From the NCBI GenBank assembly GCA_040954595.2, contig CM082590.2:992001-1056000 (forward strand): DNA of 64,000 nt, written 5' to 3'. This document shows, piece after piece, positions 63,763 through 64,000 of this stretch. The DNA is from Balanoglossus misakiensis (lineage: Eukaryota; Animalia; Hemichordata). The position numbers and the translations under genes were made by a program. Positions within the stretch are counted from its first letter, which is position 1. Each line of letters begins with the position of its first letter. The notes beneath the pieces were generated by a model, which saw only the letters and a list, made by a program, of their open reading frames with translations, was not told where the DNA came from and made no database searches.

Positions 63763-64000
63763 TCGCATCGACTGAAAATAACTCTTTGTCAGCTAGAACT
63801 TTGAGTTGTTTTGACTTTATAGGGTGTAAAACGTAAGAACCAGGATTTTTCGGTAAGAAACACGGCTATGCATGAAACTGCCTATTTTCATGCATAGCCG
63901 TGGTTCTTACCGAAAAATCGTGGTTATTACGTTTTACACCTTACAAAGTCAAAATAAGTCAGTGTTCTAGCTGACAAAGTCTTATTTTTAGTCGATGCGA
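63763..64000. repeat. Long imperfect palindrome (probable MITE), running off the window end
   Basis: TCGCATCGACT...GCATGAAA, an 8-nt loop, then TTTCATGC...AGTCGATGCGA; arms ~115 bp. Confidence 0.8.

Overview
Eukaryotic, AT-rich, repeat-saturated window, probably from a marine invertebrate (inferred from the element types); no host gene is evident. 1-22.3 kb: nested MITEs, minisatellites, a ~1.6-kb tandem repeat and recent segmental duplications. 24.4-44.2 kb: a ~132-bp satellite split by a full-length but defective minus-strand Gypsy LTR retrotransposon (24715-41328, TSD CAAC). The Gypsy element carries two nested DNA transposons: an apparently intact hAT with a 5-bp TSD in the integrase, and a 4.3-kb fold-back made of two 5' ends of an Academ-like element in gag. 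44.2-61.0 kb: a large DNA transposon with TGT...ACA termini and ~0.6-kb repeat-built TIRs. It encodes a 4-exon, ~1,280-aa protein whose motif order matches the RAG1/Transib/CMC DDE core, with an inserted SAP-like motif and a C-terminal RECQL4/Sld2-like motif; this is the most unusual object in the window. Its left TIR is interrupted by a TTAA-type MITE and an Ngaro-type tyrosine-recombinase retrotransposon with a 2,336-bp tandem duplication. A second truncated Ngaro/DIRS-type element and hairpin elements follow. All assignments are by-eye motif recognition; no searches were run.
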